Assembly: GCF_964204645.1 (NCBI RefSeq)
Contig: NC_134027.1
Span: 18,004,560-18,068,559, forward strand
Reading direction: 5' to 3'
DNA: 64,000 nucleotides
Source of the DNA: Tubulanus polymorphus
Taxonomy: Eukaryota > Animalia > Nemertea
Part shown: piece after piece, positions 33,817 to 46,406 of the stretch
Position numbering within the stretch: position 1 is the first letter of the stretch
Layout: the number at the start of each line of letters is the position of its first letter
Position numbers and translations under genes: made by a program
The notes under the pieces: generated by a model
Seen by the model: only the letters and a program-made list of their open reading frames with translations
The model's database searches: none
Told to the model about the DNA's origin: nothing

Positions 33817-35064
33817 TTAATACATAACATTATTTAATTGAGAATTTACAATATTTAATTGTGCGTCAGATATAAAATAAATGTGCATTTTGAAATTTAG
33901 GCTTCCTTTTTTCTTTGTCATGAATAATTGTATTCCATCTTTAGTGTTCTGTAATTTTTTCCCAGAACCATGTAATGAATTATCCTCTGTTGTTCTAAAA
34001 TCTAACCATAATGCATATTTATTGCCGGTATAATAATCAATTTGATTAATATTACAATTTTCAGATAATTTCACTTTTTCATTCATAAAATGTTTTCTAA
34101 TTTCTGGCCATTGATCTATCATTCTCATTCCTTGACAAAATATTTTATTTGCTATTCCTTCGATAGTTATTTCTACTTTTGTTATTTCAGGATTATAATA
34201 ATTATCAACATTTATTGCGCCATTAGTATATGTTGCAATGGTAAAAAATATTAATATACCTTTAATAGATCTTCTTGGGAAGTTAATATTCTCATTAATA
34301 ATTTCTTCATTTGCATTAATAGTTACAGTTTTAAATTTATCAATATAATCATATAATAATGAAAATCCTTGATTGTATTTAGTTTGAATTATACTTGAAA
34401 TATTTTCATCAGTTACTGTGTCATATTCTAAACATATATTCGCTAATTTATATCTCATATCTTTATTAACGCTACATATTACAATTTCATTTACAGGAGC
34501 AAATGTTATTTCGAATATAACGTCTTCTTGAATTGCGTATTTATATAAATGTGCATTGTTATTTATCAATTCAAAGTCTAATGGAATTTTATATTTGCTT
34601 CCATATATACTTTTTATCAATTTATCTACAGCATTAGTTAATATTGCGCTATTAGCTTCTGATCTTAATTTATTTTGGTTTTCTGATTGGATTCCTTGAA
34701 ATATCATATTATTTCTATTTTCTTTAGTTAACCATAAATCTTTATAATGCATAAATAAATTATAATCATCTTATGAGAAAACTGTTTCTGGACCAATCTT
34801 TATAGTTAATTTTTTAATCAAATATCTTCCAACATTATCAACAACATAATTATTATTATTACCGATTACTTTTATATCGGCTGATAAATAAATACTATTT
34901 GGAACATAAAAAGTATTTTGTGTTAATCTAGGAATTCTAACATATAAAGTTTCATCGGGATTAATATTTGAAGGATTATGAGTAATTATATGATGTGATC
35001 TTTCTGCTTTAATAGCATTAGATATTCTAGAAATCTTAGAAGGACTTATATAACTCCCACTCAT
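33817..35064 (-). pseudogene. Major capsid (double jelly-roll, hexon-like) protein, one interruption
   Basis: ~410 aa beta-rich product with HNPSNI..ETLYVRIP, IPLDF, LEYD, ALWLDFR and HGSG motifs; size and context fit a Polinton major capsid protein (MCP). Fold is inferred. Confidence 0.7.
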
Positions 35065-35085
35065 TTATTTAACAAAAAAAATTAA

Positions 35086-36553
35086 TTATTTATTTTTGAT
35101 TATGTTTACTAACGCAAAAATAATAGCACTTACAACTGTAATTAAAAATAAAATAATATGTTCAGCAGCAAAGTTAATAATGTTTCCTGCAGATTTCAAT
35201 ATAAAACCAACAATTGATGCAATAATTCCTGGTAAAGCTGCAGCAGATTTTTTAGATAGTTCCCATAAATATTTTGCTAATTTCTTTAAACCATCTTTAA
35301 CTTTATCTTGTATAGAATTATTACCTGGGGGCTTATCCGGTTTATTGGGAGTAGGAGTAGATTTCAAAGCATTTGATATTGCTAAACCAATTGTTGTAAA
35401 TAACATAGTTACAGCTGTTAGAATTGAAAGAATTGTTATTCCTTCTAACTTAAATAATAATTTTATTCTATCTTTCAATGATATTTTAGAATCTGGTTTT
35501 ATCAACAAATCTTTAAAAATAACTTTTAATTTTTTAATATGATTAAGGTCATATGATTTTAATAATGTATCTCTTTCTTCTTTCTGTAATTCTATATTAT
35601 ATTTTAAATCATCAATTTTTTTTTTCTAAAGCTAACTTTCTGCTTTCATAATCAGCTTCCTCGATTAATTGAAGATCTCTATTTAATTCTAATTGTTTTA
35701 ATTCTTCATCTGCATTAGTTAATTCTTTTTCTAACATTGTTATTTTAGAAAATCTCATCTTAATATTAGCAATTTCACCAGCTGATTCTTGCATACCTTT
35801 AATTTCTCTACGTGTTTGTTCAGGAAATGCTTCTAATTCTTCATCAGTTAAATCAAGTAATCCTTTTTCTAATAGATGTTGTATTTGATTTGTTCCAGTA
35901 CTATTCATCTCTTCTTCTGAATCTCTTAATCTATAAATTTGTTTTTATAATACTAATTGTAATTGACTTGAATCATTATCAATTGGCTGAGTGTCTCTTC
36001 TCGATGTTTCGGGCGTTGAAGATCTTAATTTATCTAATCGATCTCTATGATCTTCCATTTCTGGATCAACATCATTAGGATTTAAATTTGGATTTTTGAA
36101 TGGTGAATATTTGTTAATATCAAATTTAGGAATTGGTTCTTCTTCATTTATTCTATCGAGTGCATTCCATATAATTCTGAGAAATTCTCTACCACCTTTT
36201 GAACGTTCAATTGAAGATCTTGCTAACATTTTAGGTGCATACATATTTTCTTGGCCCAATTTAGATAATCTTAATTTTACATTTTCACCATTTAATTCAA
36301 GATTATAATACCACGCATCATTTTTAAATTCTAAATTATCCACGAAAAATGGGTCATCTTTTAAAATTTGTTTTAAAATTTCTTCTGAACCAACTTTACC
36401 TATTACAACTTTTAGTAATATTTCGTTTACTACACTATTTTTCATTAAATTTAATTGATATTTCATAAGAGAATCAGTTGTATTTACTAATCTGTCCAGT
36501 AAATCCTTTCTAGATTTTGCGGTTCTAATAACTACCCTTTCGGAATCTGTCAT
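35086..36553 (-). pseudogene. Coiled-coil protein with hydrophobic C-terminus (fragmented)
   Basis: C-terminus matches 11647-13107; N-terminus is unrelated. Confidence 0.65.
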
Positions 36554-36583
36554 ATATTCTTTAAATTCTAATTTCTTAAAAAA

Positions 36584-37874
36584 TTAAAATTTAAAATATA
36601 ATATTCCTCCGATTACAATTGCTATACAAGTTATAGCTAATTTAGTATTTTCATGGGATTTATTATCATCATTTAGTTTAATTATGTCATGTTGAATATT
36701 ATCAGTTCTAATATTTTCTGATGTATTATAATCCGGTTTAGAATCATTATTTAATTTAATATTATTAGTTTTAGTTTCTGTTGATTGAATATGTTTTTTA
36801 TTTTTTTCACCTTCCATTAATTTTGGAGCAGTAATAATCATTTCATTTATATCATTTAATCCTAATGAATTATTTATTGTTGCAGTTTTAATTAGATTAT
36901 TATAACCAATTATGTTTCCCATCTTTGATACTAAATCATTAGAAATAATAAATAGATTAGGGCCTATACAATAATTTAATCTAATATGTGATTTATCTAA
37001 ATAATTTTGATATCTTACAATGTTTTCTGGAATCGATCTATTTTTATCATTATGAATGGAATCTTCAAATAATACTTTGAATTGTTTCTGCGCATCGAAT
37101 GAAGTGTTATCATTTCCAATTATTGGGGATCTTGTTTCAACTTGCGCACCTAAAATACATATCAAATAAGTTCTAATAGATTGATTTATTCTTTGTATAC
37201 CAGCTTTAGTAAAACCTTCACTATTTTCTAAAATGAAATTAACCCAACCATTATTGTTTTGTTTTTGTATATTATTATAATATTTTGGTAATTCATTCCA
37301 AATTATATCTGAATTTGTCATTGTTTTTCCAAATTCTTTAGTATATAATATTCCTAATCCACCCATTGTTCCAATTTTTGCTCTAAAATCTTTATTTGAA
37401 TTAATATTAAATTCATTACATATTTTATAAAACTTTATTCAATTCTTTAAAATATTTTGAACCTGGTAAAGGACATTCTAATTCATCTAATATTAATTTT
37501 ATTTGAAAATAAGTATGAAATCTAAAAAGTGATAACATCAATGGTAAACTTGGTTTGTTTAAATGATCATTCCAACTAATTCCACATCCTGTTGTTGCGC
37601 AATAAACAGCAAAATTTAATTGGTTCTGCCAATACTTCATATTAGATTTTAATAACCATTGTTTTGCCTCATTTAAATTTTTGAAATTAATTGTATACAC
37701 ATGAAATATATTTTCCATCTTTACATGAAAATTATTACTTTCAGTTACATAAATATATAAATCAATTAATGAATTTAAAACTTCATTTCTATATGTAATA
37801 TCTTTATTAAAATCTATTGCTGGAATATTATATTTAATTGATTTATTATATTGGAAAGCTTTTGGAAACCCCAT
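36584..37874 (-). pseudogene. Conserved Maverick protein (CATTGCG family) with C-terminal TM, split in two ORFs
   Basis: Collinear with 13124-14518. Confidence 0.7.
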
Positions 37875-37890
37875 TTATATAATTAAAAAA

Positions 37891-38325
37891 TTAATAATTA
37901 ACTAATTCTTTTAATAATTTATCTTGTTCTTCAACTGTTATATGACCATTTAAACTTATTATATAGTCTAGTGTATTCTTCAATTTATTAATTTCTTTTA
38001 TATTAGTTTTAATTTTTTCTTTATTACTTTTTATATTTAATTTTGAACTTATACCAGTTAAAACACTTGAACTTAATCCTAATACACCAATTGATATAGC
38101 TAAAGGTGTTAATGGACTGAATATTGCTAGAAATGTTATTACAGAACTAATTGTAACCGAACCACTTATAATCAAATAATATATAATCTTACTTTTTAAA
38201 TATTTTTTCTTTTTTATCTTTAAGTCACTTTCAAATTCTAATATTTGTTTTTCTAAATACATTTTTAATTTAGTTTTATTTATATCATGAGGAATAATAT
38301 CAATATTATCAACTTTATCTTCCAT
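37891..38325 (-). CDS. Two-TM small protein
   Basis: Two hydrophobic helices flanked by Lys-rich coils; homolog at 60657-61092. Confidence 0.7.
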   Translation of the reverse strand: MEDKVDNIDIIPHDINKTKLKMYLEKQILEFESDLKIKKKKYLKSKIIYYLIISGSVTISSVITFLAIFSPLTPLAISIGVLGLSSSVLTGISSKLNIKSNKEKIKTNIKEINKLKNTLDYIISLNGHITVEEQDKLLKELVNY

Positions 38326-38346
38326 TTATTTAGCAAAAAAAAAATA

Positions 38347-38769
38347 CTAATTAGTAAATTTATATGCTACAAATATAACAATAACTGTTCCACCTAAAAT
38401 CCAAATTATTTCATATTTCTGTTGTTCTTTACTTGGGGTATAATAATCTGATAAATTAGGTTTGTATAGATGTAATTTTTCTTTATTGGTTACCGCGTTA
38501 TATAAACTCATTGCATCATCAACTGATTGAAAATCTCTATGTGAAATCTTCTGATCATATAATTCATTGTTAATATAATCCATATAGTTTTGCCTCTTTT
38601 CTCTATATTCTTCCGCAGCTTTATTATATTTTCCTAATGCTAAGTTATGTCTTTTTTGTTCTGTTAATGATCCATTTTTATCAATATGTTTAAATAAATA
38701 ACCGCCACCAGTAAATGCTAAAGCGTTAACAATTGCCAATCCTATAATAGTTATAACTGCAGAAGCCAT
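38347..38769 (-). CDS. Small protein with hydrophobic N- and C-termini
   Basis: NALAFTGGGYLF; homolog at 61110-61531. Confidence 0.7.
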   Translation of the reverse strand: MASAVITIIGLAIVNALAFTGGGYLFKHIDKNGSLTEQKRHNLALGKYNKAAEEYREKRQNYMDYINNELYDQKISHRDFQSVDDAMSLYNAVTNKEKLHLYKPNLSDYYTPSKEQQKYEIIWILGGTVIVIFVAYKFTN

Positions 38770-39014
38770 TTATTTAGTAAAATAATTACGCATTTATATG
38801 GGAGGAATATATTTTTGTTTTTCCAAATAATCAATAGTTAAATTAGATAAAGTAACTGCTAATGTTAATTTTAAAATATCATTTATATCAAATCTATCAA
38901 CATTAACACTTCCCATTTTAAATACTTTTTTAATACCATTGAATAACCAACAGTTCCAACTGATAGTAACGCTCCATTATATAATCCAATTATTATCCAC
39001 TTATTATCACTCAT

Positions 39015-39371
39015 TTATTTATCAAAAAAATTACTATCATCAAAATATTTAGTTAACTTATTTATGATTAAATCAACATTTATTTCATTACTAGTTTCAT
39101 TTGTATATATTTCAATTATTATTTTTTTAATATCATCGATGATAAAATCTTCATCTAATTCATAAAATCTTAAAGATTCTCTAATTAAATTAGTAATCTT
39201 TTCTACATTTAAAGTTTCTTTATCTATTGTTGTTTCATATTCAAATGTTGTTTCATTAGAAAATTTAATATTTTTGATATGTGTAATTACATCAGTAATG
39301 TTAAATTTCATTTCTTTCTCATGTTTAAAATCAAACCCAAAACATATACTCGGCCCAACAGTTATATTCAT
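39015..39371 (-). CDS. Maverick hypothetical protein (MNITVGPS family)
   Basis: Three copies in the window. Confidence 0.7.
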   Translation of the reverse strand: MNITVGPSICFGFDFKHEKEMKFNITDVITHIKNIKFSNETTFEYETTIDKETLNVEKITNLIRESLRFYELDEDFIIDDIKKIIIEIYTNETSNEINVDLIINKLTKYFDDSNFFDK

Positions 39372-39387
39372 TTATATAGTGAAAAAA

Positions 39388-40146
39388 TTACTCTTTACAT
39401 CTTATAACTAATTCATATATCACAGGAAAGTTATTCAAATCAATTAAATATCCATTGTGATTTCTTATTTCTAATTTAAAATTATTAAATTTAGGAATGC
39501 AAGGTTTAAAATCACATTCAGTTAAATTATAATTTATTTGAGTTCCAAATTGTTTAACATTTTTCAGCGGTAAAATATCTAGTATACTAGAACTACAAAT
39601 TGTTTCTTTAGTTGCTTCGAAAGTTTTTGTAGGCTCGATTAAATTGCAATAAATATAAAAGTGTGTAAAAGGTATTATATTTGAATTACCATCTACGTTT
39701 CCTGTAACAGTATCTGGTACAATTCCTAACAGTTTAGCTATAGGTTTTCTCACTATAAATGCATGTTGACTTTCATCACATACCTTTATTTTAATTTTAT
39801 TTGTGCTATCACTTTTTATAAATGTAATTAAAAATTTATCTTCACTTCTAATTTTCAACCGTGCTCTTCTATTAATTTCTTGAGCTAGTGTTTCTAAATT
39901 ATATAATCCTGGTTTTAAGATTAGGTGAAACCATTTATTTACATCTCTAATATGAATCATAAAAGCATTATGATCAATAGTTTTATCCGATATATTATAA
40001 AAAGAATTACATAAACCTATATTAACTAATTTTAAATCTACACAATTCTTAAATTCTCTATCTAATTGTACTAGTAAATTATGAGATTTATAATTTGTAA
40101 GTTTTCTTGAATCAACAAATATTCTGTATTCTTTTAATTCTACCAT
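39388..40146 (-). CDS. Minor capsid (penton-like) protein
   Basis: RIFVDSR N-terminus, PGLYN, FYIYCNLIE, LEIRNHNGYLIDLNNFPV: the pattern of Polinton/virophage-type minor capsid proteins. Confidence 0.7.
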   Translation of the reverse strand: MVELKEYRIFVDSRKLTNYKSHNLLVQLDREFKNCVDLKLVNIGLCNSFYNISDKTIDHNAFMIHIRDVNKWFHLILKPGLYNLETLAQEINRRARLKIRSEDKFLITFIKSDSTNKIKIKVCDESQHAFIVRKPIAKLLGIVPDTVTGNVDGNSNIIPFTHFYIYCNLIEPTKTFEATKETICSSSILDILPLKNVKQFGTQINYNLTECDFKPCIPKFNNFKLEIRNHNGYLIDLNNFPVIYELVIRCKE

Positions 40147-40525
40147 TTATTTTACATATTTTCTTATTCGAAATCTATTTCATGGTGCCCTTTTTCATTC
40201 TTACCTTTGTATACGAAATAGAAATCTCCAGAACATAATTCTTCTAAATCTTCACTTGATAATCTATGAAATCTATCTGGTAAATATGTTCTGAATTTAT
40301 ATGTATTTCCTTTTAATCCTTCATATTCTAAGTGTATAACTAATTTATCTCCATAGTTATTAGTAACTGTAACAATATCTGTAATTAGTTGATTGTTAAT
40401 TCTGTTAACTTTTTGAATTTATAATCTACAGATTTTACATTTGTGATATCTTTAATTATATCTAGAAATAATTTGTTGTTCTCACTGTGCGCTTGTTTAC
40501 TCTCCATTTTAATAACATATTTTTA

Positions 40526-43500
40526 TTAAAATTTGATTAACACGTTAGAATTCTTTTCATTATCTCGTTCTCTTTTGTTTATTCTCTTTTAAATTTTAAG
40601 TATTCATCTAAATTGCAACCATAAGCAACTGTATGAATTCAATCATCTAAAATATATCGTTTATCATCAAATGGGTTTAGACTTATCTTTTCAATTTCTT
40701 CAATAAACATTTCATGATCTTCAGATCTTAAACATCTCATTTTATGTTTTCTAACTTCTTCATTGAATATACAATTGATGTAATCTTTGAAATGAATATT
40801 CTTTTCTACCACACTTTTGGTTATTCCTTTTAACTTTTTAGCTTCATGTTCTTTAGTTTTATATGAATACATTTTAGATCTAATACCTATGAACTCTATC
40901 ATTTCTTCACCACCTAATTCATCCTTAAACTTCCCTGGAACTTTTTTATTATCATTGCTAAACAATTCATGATCTTTAGGATAGTTACTAAAATCAAAAT
41001 GATGTTTTAATGTTTTTAAATCATCTGTTATGTTATCAGTTTTTATCTTTAATATGTAAGAATCGGTATCACAATATAATATTTCTATATGTTTTTCTCC
41101 AAAAAGTGGTTGTTATACATTATAATAGAATTCATACATTAGTAATTTTGATAATTCTAAAACTGATGCGCCAACATAGATTGGTTTATTAAATTTCATT
41201 GATGTTCTTCTCATCTTAACTGCAGCTAAATTTTCATCAAATATTCTGTTAACAATGAACTTAGGATATGATTGTAAATGTCTAATTCTTTTACCATTAC
41301 TAACTAACTCAATATCATTTCTATTTCTATTATTTTCACAAGTCTTACCATAGAATGCATTATTCATTAACTTGAAGAAATCTTTCTCAAAATCAGTTTT
41401 AGCTTCAGTTCTCTGTTTGGTGTTAAAATCTATATATTTTTCTAACCACTTAGATTGACTAAATGAAATATATCGATGTACTTTTTTTAGAATCATTCCT
41501 CGATTCAAATAAAACTTTAACATTCTATAATGTACTACATAATTATATTTATCTTCTTGAGTTACCATTAACTTTTCTGTATGAATATGATTTTCGGGTT
41601 TAATTCTTTTTTGGTAATTTGATAATTCTTCATGAGTTACAGTTTTATGTTCGGGACAGTAAGCTAGATTTCTAGATTTAAATTTAATATGTTTAGGATA
41701 TTCTAAATCTACAACAAAGAAGTAACCAGTATCTGAATCATCTGCAATATCTAGAATTCTTTTCTTCCAATCAAATTTATCATTATTTTCATTCTGTAAA
41801 ACTTCACTTATTTCAAATACTCCATAAGGTTGTGGTTCCATCATTGCCCAACCATACAAATTATTTGCATCTATATATAATAACTTATATCCAGGGTTAT
41901 CATTTACATTGAAATATCTATCACCTAATACACCTGAAACTCCTCCTCTTATAGATTTTTCAAATAATAGTAATTGATCTGTATTTGTTAACAAATCCAT
42001 TTTTATATCTGTAAATTTTAATCCACATCCCCATGTTAATCCTGGTGATGAATAAAAATGACAAGGATCAATATTAAAATATTTTAGGTTTACATCTCTA
42101 AACCTTTCGAATATATCGGTTAATAATAATACATCTGATTTTAAATATATATCTACTAATTGTCCATGATTTTCTATTTTGAAATGATTCCAAATATTCA
42201 ATGTTCTATTATAGACTTCATCTTTAACATATTCATTTTTTAATTAATCATAGAATTGTTCTTTTAATAATTCAGTTATGTTAAAATCATTATGATTTTT
42301 ACAGAAAGAATATGGAATTGCGCCTTTATATCTCATTAATTGGAAATCATCATTATTTGGGTAGTGTTGTTTTAATATTTTCAATTCATCATCAACTAAT
42401 GATTTTGATAAGTTATCCAATGAACTATTTAAAAATCTATATGAATGTATAAATCTTAGGCAACCAAATTGGAATGATATATAATTCTCAGATGTTTTAG
42501 CTAACATTCTAAATTTATAAGTTGGTATTTTATCTTTCGATCTATTTGAATTTAATCTTTCTATTTCATTAATAATTTCTTCTATTTTATGGCATAACTG
42601 TTTGATGAATAAATGTGCATCATATCCTGATAGACTATGAAATATAACTGATACAAAGTTAATTTTCTTAGCTTGTATGTTACAATTCTCATGTGCGGCG
42701 CCTCTAAACTTTCCGTTCAAATGATCATGGTCTCTTACTTTTTTATCTTTATAATTAAATATCTTTTCACAATAATAACATTTATCTGCAAACGCAAATT
42801 CTTCTTTATCTTCTTCTGTCATTATAATTTCTATATTTGTATTCAATAATTTACTAAATCTTATTTCATATTCAATTAATAAGTCACAAACATGATTGAT
42901 AACATTTTCATTTCTGTAATTATAATATTCACTTTCAATTAGTTCTGGATAATCAGATTTAATATATAACCCGAAAGCTGCAGCTGATTGATGAATCTTT
43001 TTAATAGTATTTGTTTTTGGTGGTTCATCTGAAAAATCATTTTCATTAGAATTTCATTTCTTTCTCTTATAATATATTTCTTTTCTATCTTGATCAGTTA
43101 ATTCTTTATTTAATGATTCAAAATCTCCATATATAACAAATGGTACTTTATTTTTGTAATCATATTTTTTGAATTCTAATATTTTATCCTGTTCATTTGG
43201 TAAAACTAATTTACAATAATCATGATTTTCACATAATTGTTTATGATTTAATAATGTACTTTCATTACTGAATCTATGTAAACATTTTCTACATAGATAT
43301 ATTTTATTATGGTGATCACTTTCTGTTCTAAAGAATAAATCTATTTGTTTAATCCACATATAATGATTCTCATAATATAATATATCTATAACATCGTTTG
43401 AATCATAATCTTTTGATAAATATAAAGGTTCTAATGTATAATGTTTTATATTGTTACCTTTTGTATTTGGTAATTTGATTAAATCAAATACATTTATCTT

Positions 43501-44577
43501 TATATTATTATCTCTTTCTATTTTTGGGATGTTTTTAATTATAACAGGATACTTATCTATCTTATAAATTTTTTCAAATGGTTTATAATGAGTTAATCTA
43601 AAACTATGTGTAATATCTTCTGTTGGATGTAAACAACTTATAATTGTCCATAGAAAACCTTTATCATCTTCATTTTGTACATTTATAACAGCATTAGTTT
43701 TGAATGGTAGTTTAATATAACTTGATGCTTCAATATCTGGTTCTTTATAATATGATACATTATTTTCATCAATTGGTTTTGATTTAGTTAACTTATTATA
43801 TTTTGTGTTATAAACATGTAAAGTCATAAATATTATTTCATCAAATATTAAACCAGATCCTTCAAAATATTTCTCTTCTATTTTAGTTTTTACTTCATTA
43901 TAACATTTATCTAATTTATCATCTATATGTTGTTTATATATAATATGTTGTGAATGAGAATTTATATTATATATTGGTTTATCTTCAAATTTTATGAATT
44001 TAACTTTAGAAGATATACTTATTTTAGGGTATTCAACATCAGTAATTATTTTTATTATTTCTTTCATATTTTCTAAATGTTTTTTATTTTCTTCTAATGT
44101 TTTTCCTTTATGAAATTTAAACTCAATAGCTGCTGGGCCAATATCACTTTTAAATGCTTCGGTTATCTCTATATCTTTTTTATTATCTAATGAATTAATA
44201 TAATTTCTTACATCTTCCATGTATGGTCTTTTATTGTTTAATTTATTTTTTATGCTTTTAATTGTCTTCTGTTTCTTATCATTATCTTTATCAAAATAAT
44301 CTTCACCTCAAATATCATTATTCTTATTTCTAATATGACTTTTAGATTTTAAATGTTCTTTATAATATCTTTTATCACTGAATGATTGATTACATGTATC
44401 ACATTTGTATGTTTCTTTTTCATTCTTTAATTCATCTAATTTAGTTTCTAATATATCATCTTCATATTCTAATTTCAATTTATTCTCTATATGTGTTTTA
44501 GTTTTATTGTGTCTTGCTTTTTGGGATTTATCTATATTGATATTACATGTTGGACAGTAGTAATTATTTGCTTCCAT
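40526..44577 (-). pseudogene. Protein-primed family B DNA polymerase (intein-free, fragmented)
   Basis: N-terminal zinc fingers, IYGDFES, HSLSGYD, YIDANNLYG, KLMNNAFYGK, LYCDTDSY (~41055-41080) and GKFKDE. Confidence 0.93.
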
Positions 44578-44610
44578 TATAATACTAAATTTTTTTTTTT
44601 AATTGATTTT

Positions 44611-45036
44611 AGAAGTTCAATGATATATAGGCTCAAATAGAATCATGTTCTAGTATAAACAGCTATGCATTATTTCAATCACACTTTACTAACACTTTTA
44701 ATGTTTAAAAATCTAACTCACACAAATATGAATATTGAAATAATGTTGTAAATATATCTATATATCTATTCTATAAGAGCTCGTTAATTACTCGTTACTT
44801 ATATATGTTATTCATTTAAATGTTATTCATATATATGAATATTTTAAGAGTAATAGGGATAATAGGCTTTCATATCAAAGGTCTAAGGGGCGAGTGAGTA
44901 AAAAAATGAAAATAATAATAATTTACAGTTGAATTAGGAGTGTGCGCGACTAATTCAACTGTAAATTATTATTATTTTCATTTTTACGAGCTCGACCGTT
45001 TGACCTTTGGTATGAAAGCCTATTATCCCTATTACT
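44611..45036. repeat. Right terminal repeat of element C with terminal palindrome
   Basis: Similar to 6198-6603; 44848-45037 is self-complementary. Confidence 0.9.
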
Positions 45037-46181
45037 CATGGCACCAGACAGTGCCTGGATGTATTGAGACATAGTGAATCACCCACCTCAGCCGCATTAC
45101 ATCATCCTCGATCGCACATATACAGGACGCATAGCATATTCTCTCTCGAAACACAATTAGGAGTTACAGTTTACAGTTCTAAATCTAAATGTAAGTACCG
45201 TTTTTAGCATTGGTTGACGTCTATGACGTCATGCCAATGCTAGTAAAATGGATCCAAAATAGTAGTACGAAAAAATAGCGCCGACTCTTCTCATTTTCAT
45301 AGTAACTTCAAATTGTCACTCCGTTCACGTAAAACATTAGAAACAGCTGAAAATGACTAAAAATGTTTCAATTATTCCCCACAACATAGCGTCGCCAGAT
45401 TTCTGATTTAATTGTCCAAAAAATTATTCGATCGCATTTTTCTCGTTCATTATCTGGTAGATGAGAGCTGGTTAAACAATCGCGTAGCGATATGTCCGCA
45501 TTTACATTGGCAGTAAAGAATGGGGAACAGCCTCTTCTGAATAGAAAAATATAAAATCATGTACCTCCGTTTATATATATCACAGTGTTTGGATATCACT
45601 GTTATTCCAACTATCAGTATCCATGGGATTTCGGATTCATTCTCAGCGTCAGAATACGTTTTTCTAGAGCAGTGGAACGGCAGCCTACTCGTGACTGAAA
45701 CCCGTATGTGATCGTGCGGGAACGCCTTTACTAAAGTTAAAACCATTTCATGATGACACGAAACATCAAACGGTAAACGGTAGGCTACCACCATGATACG
45801 ATATCCCCAATAAAGATAGATCATTTTATTCAATTTTACCAGAGTTGTTTATTGGAGGAAAATATCATTGTTAAGTACGCCGAGAACAACCATGTTGTAT
45901 CATCAATCAGTTGACTGACATTGTAAAATTCGATTCGGCTATATTCTAATATAAGTTTTCACTTTAGGACGCCCTACCCGCCTGCTCCGCACTAATAAGG
46001 CGGTAGCACCCTCTTACGCACTCGGCAGAGATTCGCTTTGTAATGCGCGCCGGGAAAAAATACCTTTTATTGTCTTTTCCATGCGTTAAATAACAGTGAT
46101 TGAATTTACGAGTTGTTTGTCGTAAATTGCAATATTGCGATGGTTATTTGCCGCTGCTGTAGTTTTTTGGAATTGAATCGA

Positions 46182-46406
46182 GCGGCCTCGGTAGCTCAGT
46201 GAGATAAGGCGTGATGCTGTTGAATCAACTATCAATGCTGAGTGACAAGTGGGTTCGAGTCCTGCTGGCTGCGTACAGTGTGCGGGCAACACTTCAAAGG
46301 CCCTACCGTCGTGAGGTTAAATGAACAATCCAATAGGAATCGTCTTGGGAAACCAAGATCCAAACGACGTGCGTAAAGCCAAACAGTCAAAAAGACAAAC
46401 AAACAA
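46182..46406 (+). mobile_element. tRNA-derived SINE
   Basis: A box TAGCTCAGTGAG, B box GGTTCGAGTCC, acceptor-like GCGGCC/GGCTGC pairing, ACAAACAAACAA tail. Confidence 0.65.

Larger units (their letters stand above)
28343..45036. mobile_element. Maverick/Polinton element C (left terminus missing)
   Basis: HNH, integrase, ATPase, major and minor capsid, PolB and a right terminus ...CCCTATTACT. Left boundary is uncertain (28343-28740). Confidence 0.9.

Noticed and set aside
6603-45042. Ends of A and C as the two TIRs of one giant element
   Set aside because: They are in direct, not inverted, orientation, and the flanking hexamers differ (CAGGAC versus CATGGC).
46182-46272. Functional tRNA gene
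   Set aside because: No canonical anticodon arm, and it is followed by a SINE-like body and tail.
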